Shown here: positions 11,936 through 24,940 of the stretch, piece by piece
How the letters are laid out: each line of letters begins with the position of its first letter
Position numbering within the stretch: the first letter of the stretch is position 1
Assembly (NCBI GenBank): GCA_951406725.2
Contig: OX597816.1
Span: forward strand, 167,028,001 to 167,092,000
Reading direction: 5' to 3'
Length of the DNA stretch: 64,000 nt
Source: Octopus vulgaris
Taxonomy: Eukaryota
Program-made: the position numbers and the translations under genes
The notes under the pieces: model-generated
The model's database searches: none
Seen by the model: only the letters and a program-made list of their open reading frames with translations
Told to the model about the DNA's origin: nothing

Positions 11936-12204
11936 GTGAGATTGCATTTCTTTACCGCTGGATATGTTTGCACCGAACACCGGAAGCGAGCGTCACTCTC
12001 ATACCGCTTGCCTGATAGTGACACTCGTTTACAGCTATCACGTAACGTGAAATCAAGTAAGCACAAACGTACGCACAGACCTCTTAACCACGTAGCCGTA
12101 GCTGCTCATATAGAAATATTAAGACGCTATAAGCTAAGTACAGGTCATCGGTGAATAATTACGAAACAGCATTGGCTTTTAGTGTGCTTAGGTAGGCATG
12201 TCGA

Positions 12205-12437
12205 AAGGTGGCGAGCTGGCAGAAACGTTAGTACGTCGGGCGAAATGCTTTGCAGTATTTCGTTTGCCGCTACATTCTGAGTTCAGATTCTGCCGAGGCC
12301 GACTTTGCCTTTCATCCTTTCGGGGTCGATTAAATAAGTACCAGTTACGCACTGGGGTCGATATAATAGACTTCATTCGTTTGTCTGTCCTTGTTTGTCC
12401 CTTCTGTGTTTAGCCCCTTTTGTGGGTAATAAAGAAA
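12205..12437 (+). mobile_element. SINE family B monomer
   Basis: TSD taggtaggcatgtcga starting at 12189 and 12438. Confidence 0.9.
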
Positions 12438-12449
12438 TAGGTAGGCATG

Positions 12450-12832
12450 TCGAGGTGCAATGGCCCAGTGGTTACGGCAGCGAACTCGCGGTCATAGGAT
12501 CGCGGTTTCGACATCCTGACCGGGCGTTGTGAATATTTATTGAGCGAAAACACCTAACGACCACATGGCTCCGTCAGGGAGGGTTGGCGAACCCTACTGT
12601 ACTCTTTCACCACGACTTTCTCTCACTCTTTCTTCCTGTTTCTGTTGTACCTGTATTTCAAAGGGCCAATCTTGTCACACTCGGTGTCACGCTGAATCTC
12701 CCCGAGAACTACGTTAACGGTACACGTGTCTGTACTGTGCTCAGCTAGTCACATGTTAATTTCACGAGCTGGCTGTTCTGTTGATCGGATGAACTGGAAC
12801 CCTCGTCGTCGTAACCGACGGAGTACCACGAC
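12450..12832 (+). mobile_element. SINE family C, tail type Z
   Basis: tRNA head; TSD aggtaggcat repeated at 12833-12842. Confidence 0.88.
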
Positions 12833-12947
12833 AGGTAGGCATAATATTGAGTCTCCACTCCTTCAAAGTACCACTTTGGTTTCTCGTGAAAATAAGCTGT
12901 TAATAAAGACTTTAATAAAATATTTGGAACATTGTCCTCATATCTGG

Positions 12948-13372
12948 CGCAGGTATGGCTGCGTGATAAGAAGTTTACTTTCCAACCAAAATGGTTCCTG
13001 GTTCAGTCTCTCTGCGTGACATTCCTGGGCAAGTGTCTGCTACTATAGCCTGGGCACGACCAAGACTTTGTGAATTAATTTGATAGACAGAAACTGAAAG
13101 AAGCCTACCATGTGTGTGTGTGTGTATGTGTGTGTGTGTGTGTGTGTGCGCGTGCGTGTGTGTGTGAGTGTATCTTTGTTCCCCACCACCGCTTGACCAC
13201 CAGTATTGATGTGTTTACGTCCCCGTTACTTAGCAGTTTGGCAAAAGAGACCAATAGAATAAGTACAGGACTTTAAAAACAAAAACATGTACTGAGATCT
13301 ATTCATTTGACTAAGATTCTTTAATACGGTGCTCCAGCATGGCCACAATTTGATAACTAAAACAAGTAAACA
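12948..13372 (+). mobile_element. SINE family A (diverged)
   Basis: Homology to other copies. Confidence 0.8.
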
Positions 13373-13489
13373 GAGTGCACAACCAGGAAATAAGTTGTAG
13401 GTGCTATTTACATGCAAAAGAATACCCTTGAGAGCTAACAAAATACACGTTGATCTCCATGTCAGTTTATGAACACATCAAAAGCGTAT

Positions 13490-14500
13490 ATTGTTTAAGA
13501 AGTTCGTTTGCAGCCAGGTGGTTTCAGAGTCAGTCCAATTGCGCGGCACCTGGGACAAGTGACGTCTATTATAGCCCCGGATCAGCCAATACCTTGTGAG
13601 GAAATTTGATCGACGGAAACTGTGTGGAAGCCTGCTGTACAAGATGGAGACGAGTACCAACGTTCCATGCGGCAGGCTTGATAAGTGTATAGATTTCTCT
13701 CGGCATGAAACTAATGGCAACCTCGTTATCCCCAAAATAAAGAATATATACCGCAATGCAGTGCTGAACACTCCTCGATGTATGTATGTATGTATGTATG
13801 TATGTATGTATGTATGTATGTATGTATGTATGTATGTGTGTGTGTATGCGCGTGTGTGTGTATGTGCGTGTATGTGTGTGTATGTATGTATGTATGTGTG
13901 TGTATATGTATGTATGTGTGTGTGTATGTGTGTGTGTGTGTGCGCGCGCACGTGTGTGTATTTCTGATTGTGTTTTTCTTCCTACCGCTTGCCAACTGAT
14001 GTTAGTTTGTTTACATCGCCATAACTTAGCGGTTCGGCCAAAGGAATCGACTGAATAAGTATCAAACTTAGAAATAAGTACTGGCATCGATGTGTTCAGC
14101 TAGAACTAGACCAACTCGAATTACATTGTGGGCCACTTTAATCAGAGAAAGGTTTTTGAGGGTAACTTGTATACGGAAAGAATTGAAAGCATTTTGCTTT
14201 CTCATGCTTATATTATTACAATAATGAACGAATGATCGTTGATTCAATATGAAACATTATCGTTGCAAAAACAGTAGTATCTTTCTTTTTTACTTTTCAT
14301 TACAATCTTGAATTTTTTATAATTTTTTTTTTAAATATTCGTTTAAGTAAACCCATTTCAAGAAAGTATCAAGTGTGCTGCAAGATAAAAGTCTGCGGGT
14401 CACATGCGACTCGCGGGCCTCAGGTTGGCCAGCCCTGGCCTAAACCCTTTAAGACGGTGCCCCCAGCATAGCTGCGATCCAATTATAAAAACAAGTGATA
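13490..14500 (+). mobile_element. Old SINE A interrupted by microsatellite and a hAT-like MITE (~14105-14437)
   Basis: SINE A segments at 13490-13635, 13980-14100 and 14445-14500; MITE end gcgggcctcaggttggccagccctg. Confidence 0.6.
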
Positions 14501-14515
14501 TATACATGCGTGTAT

Positions 14516-14554
<39 letters not shown>

Positions 14555-15170
14555 CACGCGCACACAGAGAAAACGCTTCCACCCCCAAAAAGTAGGATTT
14601 TTCTTCGCGTGGAATCAACTCCCCTGATCCCCTACTATACCGCAAATCCCTTAATTTGGTGATTCGGAAACCCGTCCGGATTTTTGGGAAAACCTTTTCC
14701 TTTTTTTCGTTGTAGGTGCTATTTATATTACGGTGAATTCCTAATATAACTCAAAACCCTTTTTTGTCCGAAAAACGGGGGTGGAACCCTTGGAAATTTC
14801 GGTACATTCAAATATTCTTTTAATTGAGCACTAGCCTGAAGGGGTTAGTCTAACAAATGGACCCCGATATTTACCTTTCCTTCAGGGCCGTCTCAGCAGC
14901 ACTATAGACCCCTGGCCAATTCACTGCACCGAGTCCTATAGTATTTATTTTATTGACAGCATTCCTCATAATACACATCTAATAGAATTGGGCCCCTTTG
15001 ACCCTTGAGGTCCTCGGGCAAACTGCCTAGTGTACCCATGCCTTAAGAATCCACTCTTCCATTCTGGTACTTTATCAATGTCTTTTTGCCGAAACTGCTA
15101 ACTGCTAATTTGTGAGAACGTAAGGAAACCATCACCGGTTGTCAAGTGATGTGCGGAAAAGAAACGAAGA

Positions 15171-15174
<4 letters not shown>

Positions 15175-15204
<30 letters not shown>

Positions 15205-15343
15205 GTACATAGTCATACATACATACATACATACATACATACATACATACATACATACATACATACATACATACATACATACACACACACACATACATAC
15301 ATACATACATACACACACACACATACATACATACATACATACA

Positions 15344-15377
<34 letters not shown>

Positions 15378-15470
15378 CACACACACACATACATACATAC
15401 ATACATACATACATACATACATACATACATACATACATACATACATACATACATACATACATACATACAG
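15175..15470. repeat. (CA)n/(CATA)n microsatellite
   Basis: Direct reading. Confidence 0.97.
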
Positions 15471-15751
15471 GTATAGATATATGTACACGCACGCATATAT
15501 ACACACATGCTCATTGGAGCCGAAACCTGGAGCTATTTATTATATATGTATACATTTTATACACACACACGCATATACACATATCACTTTTAAATATTCC
15601 TCGTTAACAGCCACGAGTTCCCGACCACAGGTGTATTAATTAATCTGTTCATATGTTTGCTGTTCTTTCAGGTGAGAGAATTTGCGGTGGTGGTAGTGGT
15701 TTGGCGTGGTTGGGAGTCGTTGCAATGTTTCTATAGGTTTTATTTCATATC

Positions 15752-16080
15752 TTAGTTAAGTTAAGTTAATTTTTTGGCTCAAAAAGCAAAAAGCAATGCC
15801 ATGTAGGGGGACGTGGAGTTATGTACAGGGTGGTGTTCATGCAAAGAGTTCAGGCCATTTGTGGTCAAGGGAGACTTTGAACCGAGCGGTCGTCGGCACC
15901 TTCACTATCACGTCCGGCAGCTTGTTCCACGGATCCGCAACCCGGACGGAGAAAGCCCCTCTCCTTCAATTGAGATGAAATCGTCGCAGATAGAGCTTTT
16001 CGGAGTGACCCCGCAGTCGACGCTCTGGAGCAGGAGTGAAGAACAGCTCTTTCGAGAGGTTACACTTTCCGCTTATGATG
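15752..16080 (-). mobile_element. CR1-clade LINE 3' fragment, same family as 1995-2617
   Basis: Reverse-complement match to ~2285-2600; (taact)n tail. Confidence 0.9.
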
Positions 16081-16200
16081 TTGATCTGTGGTTTTTATAA
16101 GGGATCCAAATTGGTGCATTGGTCTAGGGGAGACGTGCGATAATAGTTAAAGTGTTAGTAGGTAGATAAATAGACAGACATAGTTAGGTATATCCTTTTC

Positions 16201-16329
16201 AGCGGAGGTAAAGAATACGTACACCATCTGTTTTCGGTGTAACAAAAACCCTAACCCTAACCCTAATCCTAACCCTAAACCCTAACCTTAACCCTAAACA
16301 CCGGGTGTACGTATTCTTTATTTTCGCCT
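16201..16329. mobile_element. MITE with internal telomeric (CCCTAA)n repeats
   Basis: TIR core taaagaatacgtacacc / ggtgtacgtattcttta; 8-bp flanking duplication tccttttc; about 8 CCCTAA-like units at 16249-16297. Confidence 0.8.
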
Positions 16330-16592
16330 TCCTTTTCTACACTAGGCACAAGGCCCGAAATTTTTGGTGAGAGGGTCAGTCGATTAGATCGACCCCAGTA
16401 CGCAACTGGTATTTAATTTATCTGTTTCCTTATTACCCACAAGGGGCTAAACATAGAGGGGACAAACAAGGACAGACAAACGGATGAAGTCGATTACATC
16501 GACCCCAGTGCATAACTGGTATTTAATTTATCGACCCCCGAAAGGATGAAAGGCAAAGTCGACCTCGGCGGAATTTGAACTCAGAACATAAA
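16330..16592 (-). mobile_element. SINE family B, 5'-truncated dimer
   Basis: Body-tailA-partial body-tailB; flanking duplication atagttaggtatatc. Confidence 0.8.
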
Positions 16593-16641
16593 GATAGTTA
16601 GGTATATCGATAGATAAATAGATAGACAGATAGGTATATCG

Positions 16642-17008
16642 TGACACTGTCGGTTACGACGACGAGGGTTCCAGTTGATCCGATCAACGGAACAGCCTGC
16701 TCGTGAAATTAACGTGTAAGTGGCTAAGCACTCCACAAACACGTGTACCCTTAACGTAGTTCTCGGGGAGATTCAAAGTGACACAGAGTGTGACAAGGTG
16801 GGGGCCATTGAAATACAGGTACAACAGGAACAGGAAGAAAGAGTGAGAGAAAACTGTGGTGAAAGAGTACAACAGGGTTCACCACCGCCTCCAGGAGCTT
16901 TAGGTGCTTTCGTTCAATAAACACTCACAACGCCCGGTCTGGGAATCGAAACTGCGATCCTATGACCGCGAGTCCGCTGCTCTAACCACAGGGCCATTGC
17001 GCCTCCAC
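16642..17008 (-). mobile_element. SINE family C, tail type Z
   Basis: Homology to 12450-12832. Confidence 0.88.
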
Positions 17009-17309
17009 AGTTAAGTATATAGAAAGATAGAAAGAGAGAGAAAGATAAAATTGTTAGATCAGCCATGGATCAGAACTGGTGAAACGTTGGACAAAATGCC
17101 TGATGCATATTAGTTACGGTCCTTTATGTTCTAAGTTCAAATCCCGCTGAAGTCTGTCTTTGCTCTTTGTCCATTCGGAGTCAATAAAAAAACAGTACCA
17201 TTCAAATATTGGTGTTAATATGATAAACCTAGATCCCGAAACAGACCTGGAGTAGAGAGGGGCATTTACTTGATGAGGTTGAAAACGGAAACGGAAAGAC
17301 TGACGAACC

Positions 17310-17340
<31 letters not shown>

Positions 17341-17381
17341 CCGAACAATTAATCAAACAATCGATTAGTCATTTGTTTAAA

Positions 17382-17654
17382 GGTACTAATTAAGAAGAGT
17401 GGTCCCGGTGCGCGCACTCGCGTACTCACGCATCCGCGCTAGCTAGTCGTGACTAGTCGATCCTTACTTTGTGTTTTTGTGTTTTATTTACTTTGTTTTT
17501 AATAAATTATTTACTTTGTGTAGAAAAATTATTTATTTTGTGTTTTATTTACTTTGCTCGGTAGTCGTTGTAGGATCGACTAGTGACGACTAGCTAGCGC
17601 GGATGCGCGAGTACGCGAGTGCGCGCACCGGGACCACTCTTCTTAAGTAGTACC
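17382..17654. mobile_element. Mutator-like MITE with ~83-bp TIRs
   Basis: Near-perfect CpG-rich TIRs (ggtactaattaagaagagtggtcccggtgcgcgc...); perfect 9-bp TSD ttgtttaaa at 17373-17381 and 17655-17663. Confidence 0.88.
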
Positions 17655-17774
17655 TTGTTTAAATAGTTAACCAATTGATAAATGATAATAAAGTGAAATA
17701 GAACCAGTGTGCGTGTTTATTATTGGCATAATCCCGAGATACAACAAAATGAATTAAGAGAAGACATACATGCA

Positions 17775-17970
17775 TACTTACCCAAGTTTGCCCCCCCACC
17801 GGATTTTGTTACCTCATGATTTACAGAAAAATGGAAAATTTCTTTTCACAACAAATATAATCGGAATCTACACAATCTGAAGCGTATTCATAGAAGATTC
17901 TATTTAAAAATATCCATTTTTCTGAAAGTTATGAGGAAACAAAGTCGGGGCGAGCACACTTGTGTAGGTA
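17775..17970. mobile_element. MITE family E (related ends at ~20597, ~21905-21950, ~27410, ~29985)
   Basis: Inverted ends resembling gactttgtttcctcataactttcagaaaaatgga. Confidence 0.6.
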
Positions 17971-18192
17971 CGCCGAAACACACACACACGCACTCTCACA
18001 CACACACATGCAAAGCATATGAGGTAAGTAGGGGTCAACCGAAACATTGTTTTGAGGGGCCCGTGTCTGTCTACTTGGTCTCTCCCTAAAAGCATGGTCA
18101 GCTTTAATGTTGAAATACTCTTCCCCTCTACGCGCCAAATAGAGACCCCAAAGTATTTTTTGTTCCGCCTTGTTTCTTTCGGAAGACCTGTT

Positions 18193-18298
<106 letters not shown>

Positions 18299-18497
18299 TG
18301 TGTGTGTGTGTGTGGTTACGAAAGGCGGAGGATGACCAGAGAAAAAGGGGGGAAACAGAAAGTGGTAGATATTAAGTAGATTATTTTGCGGTAAACTGAC
18401 GGACAATCAAAAGGATTACTGAATATAGATAGACAGTTCTGGTGGTTAGATATAGATACTCGGAAGAGAGAGAGAGGTAGGGAAGGAGGGGGTGAGA

Positions 18498-18635
18498 AAT
18501 AGATAGATAGATAGATAGATAGATATACAGATATGTTTCTTTATTAGCCACACAGGGCTGCACACAGATAGACAGACATATAGATAGATAAATAGATAGA
18601 TAGACAGATAAACAGATATAGATAGATAGATAGAC

Positions 18636-18689
<54 letters not shown>

Positions 18690-18691
18690 AG

Positions 18692-18722
<31 letters not shown>

Positions 18723-18788
18723 AAAAGAGATAGATAGATAGATAGATAAACAGATAGATAGATAAACAGATAGATAGCTATAGATAAT

Positions 18789-18869
<81 letters not shown>

Positions 18870-18930
18870 TAAATAGCTAGACTGATAGAAAGATAAATAA
18901 ATTGAAAGATATATAGATAGGTAGACAGAC
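18498..18930. repeat. Degenerate (GATA)n array
   Basis: Direct reading. Confidence 0.95.
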
Positions 18931-18991
18931 ATAAAGAGATCACACAAATTGAGTTTAAATTTTTTTTAAAAACCAGAAAAGTTTTTCTTAC

Positions 18992-19052
18992 CTGACAAGC
19001 CAAGAGCCAATAATGTAACTATCCAAAAACTTAATTTCCTTAAAGGATCCAT
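18992..19052 (-). CDS. First coding exon of a secreted or membrane protein (signal peptide MDPLRKLSFWIVTLLALGLS)
   Basis: Good start context caaacgATGG; basic n-region then hydrophobic h-region; consensus phase-1 donor CAG|gtaaga; unique sequence. Too short for the ORF track. Confidence 0.78.
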
Positions 19053-19779
19053 CGTTTGATATATATTAATATATATCTGTTTAACAAAGTGTTCCTTTCA
19101 TTAAAAGTTCCCGTATTATCGATTAAGTAATCAAGCGCGAAGAAATCTAATATTCTATGAAACAGAGAGAGTTTGTAAGATTTCTAACATTTGTGTTATA
19201 TTTTATATTCATAGAGTCTTGATATTTCACACATAGATGTTTGTCATTGTTAAGAACAGAGCAGGGCTTTCCCCCAATCCAACAGCGGACGTTATCTGAG
19301 TGTAAGTGACTGCGGGTATAGTTATATATATGAGTACATATATATACTTATATATACCATACTTATGTATTTATTTATTGTGTGTAAACTTACAGAAGCA
19401 TTAAATTGTCATTATATGTGTATGTATAAAAAGAAAGCAAAATATATTTACTGAAAATATAGAAAGAAAGTTATTTATACAAGTGTATGTGTGTTAACTA
19501 TTGTATATTAGAAAACTATGTCTGTGTGTATTTGTTATGTATTAAAAGAAGAAAAATATGTGTATAATCTTTATATGTATAATATGTGTGAAAGAGAAAG
19601 AGGAAAAAGTATAACAGTAATTCTATTTATTATTATTATTACTATTATTATTATTATTAAATGTTAATCAAAGTGATAAATGCCCTTAACACATATATGT
19701 GTGAAAATCGAGCGGGTAAGGTGATATTGGAGAGCCTATATATATAGATAGATACAATTTTATATATATATATATATGA

Positions 19780-20300
19780 TGGTGTCACTGTAGCGTGTGA
19801 TGTAGAGAAGGTCCGCCGACTGGACACCCGCTCAGAGAAACAGTAAAAAAACTTGTGTTGTCTCTTTCCTTCTCTGTCGCGGTAACGACTGCTACCGTCA
19901 CCCCGACAACGACGACGGAGGGGTGGAAAAGGGGTAGCGCTTTTGGGGGATGGGGTGGCGTCAGCAACGAAGTTAGCGGGGTGGTGGTGGTGATGGCGGG
20001 AATAGATATTGCTGTATGGTGGTGACGGTGGGTGTGGTGGTAGTGGTGGTGGTGGTGATTGCGTTGGCGGTGGCGGTGGGGGAATATATCTGCCGCGGCG
20101 GTGATAGTTATAGCTTGACGGTATGGTGGTGGTGGTGGGGGCGCTGAAAGCTGTGTTAGTGGTAGTGGCAGTAGTGGGGAGGGATACGGCAGTTGTGGTG
20201 GTGTAGCGGTGTCGGTGGTGGACATGACGGTGGGGGTGTTAGCTACAGGGGTGATGGTGGAGGACATAGGTGGGCGGCGTCAACAACGCAATTTACAACC
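19780..20300 (-). promoter_or_regulatory. CpG/GC-rich region, candidate proximal promoter of the signal-peptide gene
   Basis: CpG-rich unique sequence ~0.75-1.2 kb upstream of the ATG, separated from it by TE-free AT-rich sequence. Confidence 0.4.
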
Positions 20301-20780
20301 GCGTGTGTGTGTGTATGTGTGTGTGTATGTGTGTGTGTGTGTGTGTGTGCAGTACATATATTTAGCGTATCTTCTGTTTCAGGCGTTGGACTACGACCAT
20401 GCTGGAGCACCGCCTTTTAGTCGAATAAACCGACCTCGGAATTTATATTTTTACTCTGTTACGGTTTTTTTTTTCGAATCGCTAAGTTGGGGACATAATC
20501 AAACTAACACCGGTTGTCAAGCAATGGAGGTGGTGGTGGTGGTAGTAAAACACACACACACATCCACACACTCACACATGGATATATCTGAGCATACCTA
20601 CAAGTGTGCCACTCTCGACTTTGTTTCCTCATAACTTTCAGAAAAACGAATATTTTTTAACGATAGTGTAGATTGCAATTATATCAGAATATAGCTTCGG
20701 AAAATTCACACGAGTTAGCTTTGTTTCCTCCTAACTTTCAGAGAAACGGGCATTTTTCCATGGAATCTTCAATAAATACG

Positions 20781-21180
20781 CGCTGGAGTGGCTGTGTGGT
20801 AAGTAGCTTGTTTACCAATCACATGGTTCCGGGTTCAGTCCCACTGCGTGGAACCTTGGGCAAGTGTCTTCTACTATAGCCTCGGCCGACAAAAGCCTTG
20901 TCAGTGGATTTGGTAGAAGGAAACTGAAAGAAGCCCGTCATGTGTGTGTGTGTGTGTGTGTGTCTGTGTTTGTATGTCTGTGTTTGTCCCCCCAACATCG
21001 CTTGACAACCGATGCTGGTGTGTTTACATCCCCGTAACTCTAGCGGATCGGCAAAAGATACCAATAAAATAAGTACTAGGCTTACAAAGAATAAGACCTG
21101 GGGTCGATTTGCTCGACTAAAGGCAATGCTCCAGCATGGCCGCAGTCAAATGACAGAAACAAGTAAAAGAATAAAAGAAT
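20781..21180 (+). mobile_element. SINE family A
   Basis: Full-length homology. Confidence 0.9.
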
Positions 21181-21329
21181 TTTTTTTTTATATTTTACAG
21201 AATGTGTAAATTACGACTATTTTGGGACTTAATGTGAAAAGAAAAATAGTGAACACGCACTGACACAATTTTTTTTCGAAATTTCAAATTTCATTTTCTG
21301 GATATATTTGATGTGTGTTGTATTCCATC

Positions 21330-21842
<513 letters not shown>

Positions 21843-22051
21843 ATTCCGATACAATCGTAATCTACAACATCAGAAAAGCATTTGTAGGAAATTTCATTAA
21901 AAAATAACCATTTTTCTGAAAGTTATGAGGAAACAAAGCCGGCACGTGGAAATTTTCCGAAACTCCTCTCCACATCCCTGGAGAATTTTTTTTTTTCACA
22001 ATAAATTTCCATATAATCAGAATCTACACTCTATGAAATGTATTTGTTATT

Positions 22052-22405
22052 CTTTGACTTTTTTTTACTTGTTTAAATCATTTGACTGCGGCCATGCTGG
22101 AGCACCGCCTTGAAGCGTTTTAGTCAAACAAATCGATCCCAGGACTTATTATTCTTTTGCCGAACTGCTAAGTTACGGGGACATAAACACACCACCACCG
22201 GTTATCAATCAGTGATGGGTGGAGGACAAACACAGACACAAAGACACACATACACATATTCCGATAGGTTTCTGTCTACCAAATCCACTCACAAGGCTTT
22301 TAGTCAGCTCGAAGCTATAGTACAAGACACTTGCTCAAGGTGCCACTAAGTGGGACTGAACCAGGAACCATATGGATGGGAAGCAAGCTTCTTACCATAC
22401 AGCTA
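22052..22405 (-). mobile_element. SINE family A
   Basis: Reverse-complement homology with internal deletions. Confidence 0.85.
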
Positions 22406-22414
22406 TTTTTCTGG

Positions 22415-23382
22415 AAATGCAGCTGCGAATTCAAAGGACAGCAAAAGTATTTGGTGTCTTGGAGTCACGCGTTTGGTGCCAAGAATACAAAGCTGGCTCT
22501 TTACAAATCATTTGTCTTACCATTCCTGTTGTATTCCTGTGAAACTTGGACTTGTTATGAAAGGCATTTTAAATTTTAAATAGAACAATTCCACCAAAAA
22601 TGCCTTCATCGTATTTTAAAAATTAAATGAAGTTCTTTTTCCTCCAAACACAGATGTCCTTGCATCTGCAGGCATCACCTCAATTAAAGCTATGATTTTG
22701 AGGAACCAATTGAGATGGTGTGGCCATATTGTTCGAATGGCAGATGAACGCATGCCGAAACAGCTGTTTTATGGTGAGCTTGCAGAGGGGAAACACTATC
22801 GGCGTAAACCTAAAAAAAGGTTAAAGGATGGTATAAGGACAACTATGAAGTCACTTGGAATGGTTCCAGAAAATATAGAAACCCTTGTTTCGGATCGAGT
22901 TGGATGGCGAACAAAGGTTTGGAGTGGAGTGAAAGCATTTGAAGAGGCCAGGAAACGCAAGTAAGACTCAAAAGAGATCTAAAGAAGAATGTAACAATTA
23001 AGAAGGTGAATGGCAATGATCCTTTTTGTGTGCACAGTTTTGTGTCAGATCATGCCTGTCTTTTGTTGGCCTCAAATCTCATCTGCGAACGCTTGGAAAA
23101 CGAACTTCCACTAACTATTCAGTCTATATCTCTGTGCACACCTTTGAATGCAGTGTATGCCAGAAGGTTTGCAAATCCAACGGAGGCCTCAAAAGACATG
23201 TTAAGACCCACAAAGAGCAGAACTTATCTACAGGTCTTGGTGGTCCAAATCAGGGGTTCAATCAATGTGGGTGTCTTTCAGAACATTGTTTGGTTTAAAA
23301 AGCCACAACCGCTGCCATGATGGTGCTTTGGTGTGGGTACAGGAGGTAGTGAAACTCTGTATAAGGAGTAGACAACCACCAT
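22415..23382 (+). mobile_element. RTE-clade LINE 3' fragment with three C2H2 zinc-finger motifs
   Basis: TKLALYKSFVLPFLLYSCETW; QLRWCGHIVRMADERMPKQLFYGEL; then three CxxC...HxxxH-type units; stops and frameshifts. Confidence 0.88.
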
Positions 23383-23536
23383 ATGTTTATGTATGCGACG
23401 GTCTTCCACAGTTTCCGTCTACCAAATTGACTCACAAGGCATTGATTAGTCCAGGGCCACTAACTCGGGGACGAAATTTACTTAGGGGGCGCAAACCCAG
23501 GCCCAAAATTTTTTTACAAATAAGGTCATGTTCTTT

Positions 23537-23912
23537 TTTATCCCCTCCGCCTGAACGAAGACGGAAGTATTGTTTTTCAGTCGCGTTTGTTTGTTTGTTT
23601 GTCCGTGGACAAGAACCGCTGGATGGATTCGGATGAAACTTTCAGGGATGTTTGGCCTCGTGACTGGCACAAACTGATTAGATTTTGGGATTGATCCGGT
23701 ACCGGACAAGGATTTCTGGATTATTTTTCGTTTTTTTTTTGTTTTTTTACTTAATTTTTGAGAGTGGTCAGGTTCATTTTTAATCTTCTCGTTTGTGAGA
23801 GCAGTCGAGTTTATTTCAGATATTCTCATTTCAAAAATCATCTCCAGCTAATCATTGAGAGGACGTTGGTGCTACCTTGGCGGAGGTTTGCGATCTCTGA
23901 GTCCTCTTCTTC
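23537..23912 (+). mobile_element. Helentron-associated non-autonomous element (HINE/DINE-like) nested in a hAT-like MITE (~23452-24082)
   Basis: Subterminal inverted cctccgcc / ggcggagg, (gttt)n near the 5' end, T-rich insertion site. Confidence 0.65.
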
Positions 23913-24883
23913 ATTTATGTTCTTTGTTCTTTAAGAAGAAACCTAATTCAAGCTACCTTTTACAAATTACTTCTTACTCACTGTTTCCTAAACCTGAGAA
24001 AAGTTAATAGGGGTGCAAATTTTGATTTTGCACCCCAAGAAAATTTTAGGGTTGCATGCGCACCCCCTGTTCCCGGGCCCATGTCCAGGACTGAAGAAGA
24101 CATTTGTTGAAGATATCGCATAGTGGGACTGAACCTGACACCACGTGCTGCAAAGCGAGTATCTTAACCACACGGCCATGCCTTGCACCTGCAGCGTAAG
24201 CATGTGTGTGTGTGTGTGTGTGTATACTCGCGCGCGCGTGCTTGGGGTGTATATTTATTACGCGCGTGCTCAACAATTACCCGAAGGTAATTTTTAAAAT
24301 GAGATTGCGGTGGTAAAAGTAAGTGGTGGTGGCAGCGATGGCGTGCAGAGACGGTTGTAGTGGCTATGATGATGATGACGACGACGACGACAATCATGAT
24401 GGTGATGGTGGTGGTGAGGATGTTGTCATTGTTGCTAGTGGGGGTGGGGGATGAAGGTGTATCTTAAAGTGTTGTCCTTTGCTACCAAACGAACAATCAA
24501 CAGTCAACCAACAGAAGTGAGAGAGAATGCGGTGGAGGAGGAGGAGGAGGAGGTAGTGTGGTAATGGAGGGGAAAGGAGAGAGGAGCAAGTGATGTTGGC
24601 GGTGGAGGAGGTAATGCTGGTGGTGGCGGTCGAGAAGGCGCTGGTGATGGTGGGGTATAGCGGTAGCAGAGAGGGTGAAGGGGGTGATCGTGGTCGTCGT
24701 CGTCGTGATGGTGGAGTGGTTGTTGCTTAGTTCAAGGTATCAACCTTCGACCAGCACACCTACGATCAAGGACATTCTAATTGTGACCATCCCGTCCTTT
24801 TATTAATGTTTGAGACAATAACATGTGGTTTAAATGAAATTTGGCTGTTATTACTAACATGTCCAGCAACTACGCAGGTGTTC

Positions 24884-24938
<55 letters not shown>

Positions 24939-24940
24939 CA

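Noticed and set aside
12450-12530. tRNA-like sequences here and at other SINE heads as tRNA genes
   Set aside because: They continue into SINE bodies with TSDs and lack full cloverleafs.
14580-14800. Homopolymer-rich odd stretches (also ~4260-4560, 11570-11760, 18040-18480, 61130-61450)
   Set aside because: Look like low-quality consensus sequence; no reliable feature can be read.
15640-15680. Plus-strand tttgctgttctttcAG|GTgag resembling a recursive splice site
   Set aside because: Antisense to the only supported gene, and no plus-strand transcript is evident.
19785-20267. 160-aa Pro/His/Thr-rich ORF
   Set aside because: Low-complexity GGT repeats lack stops by composition; better read as a promoter-proximal region.
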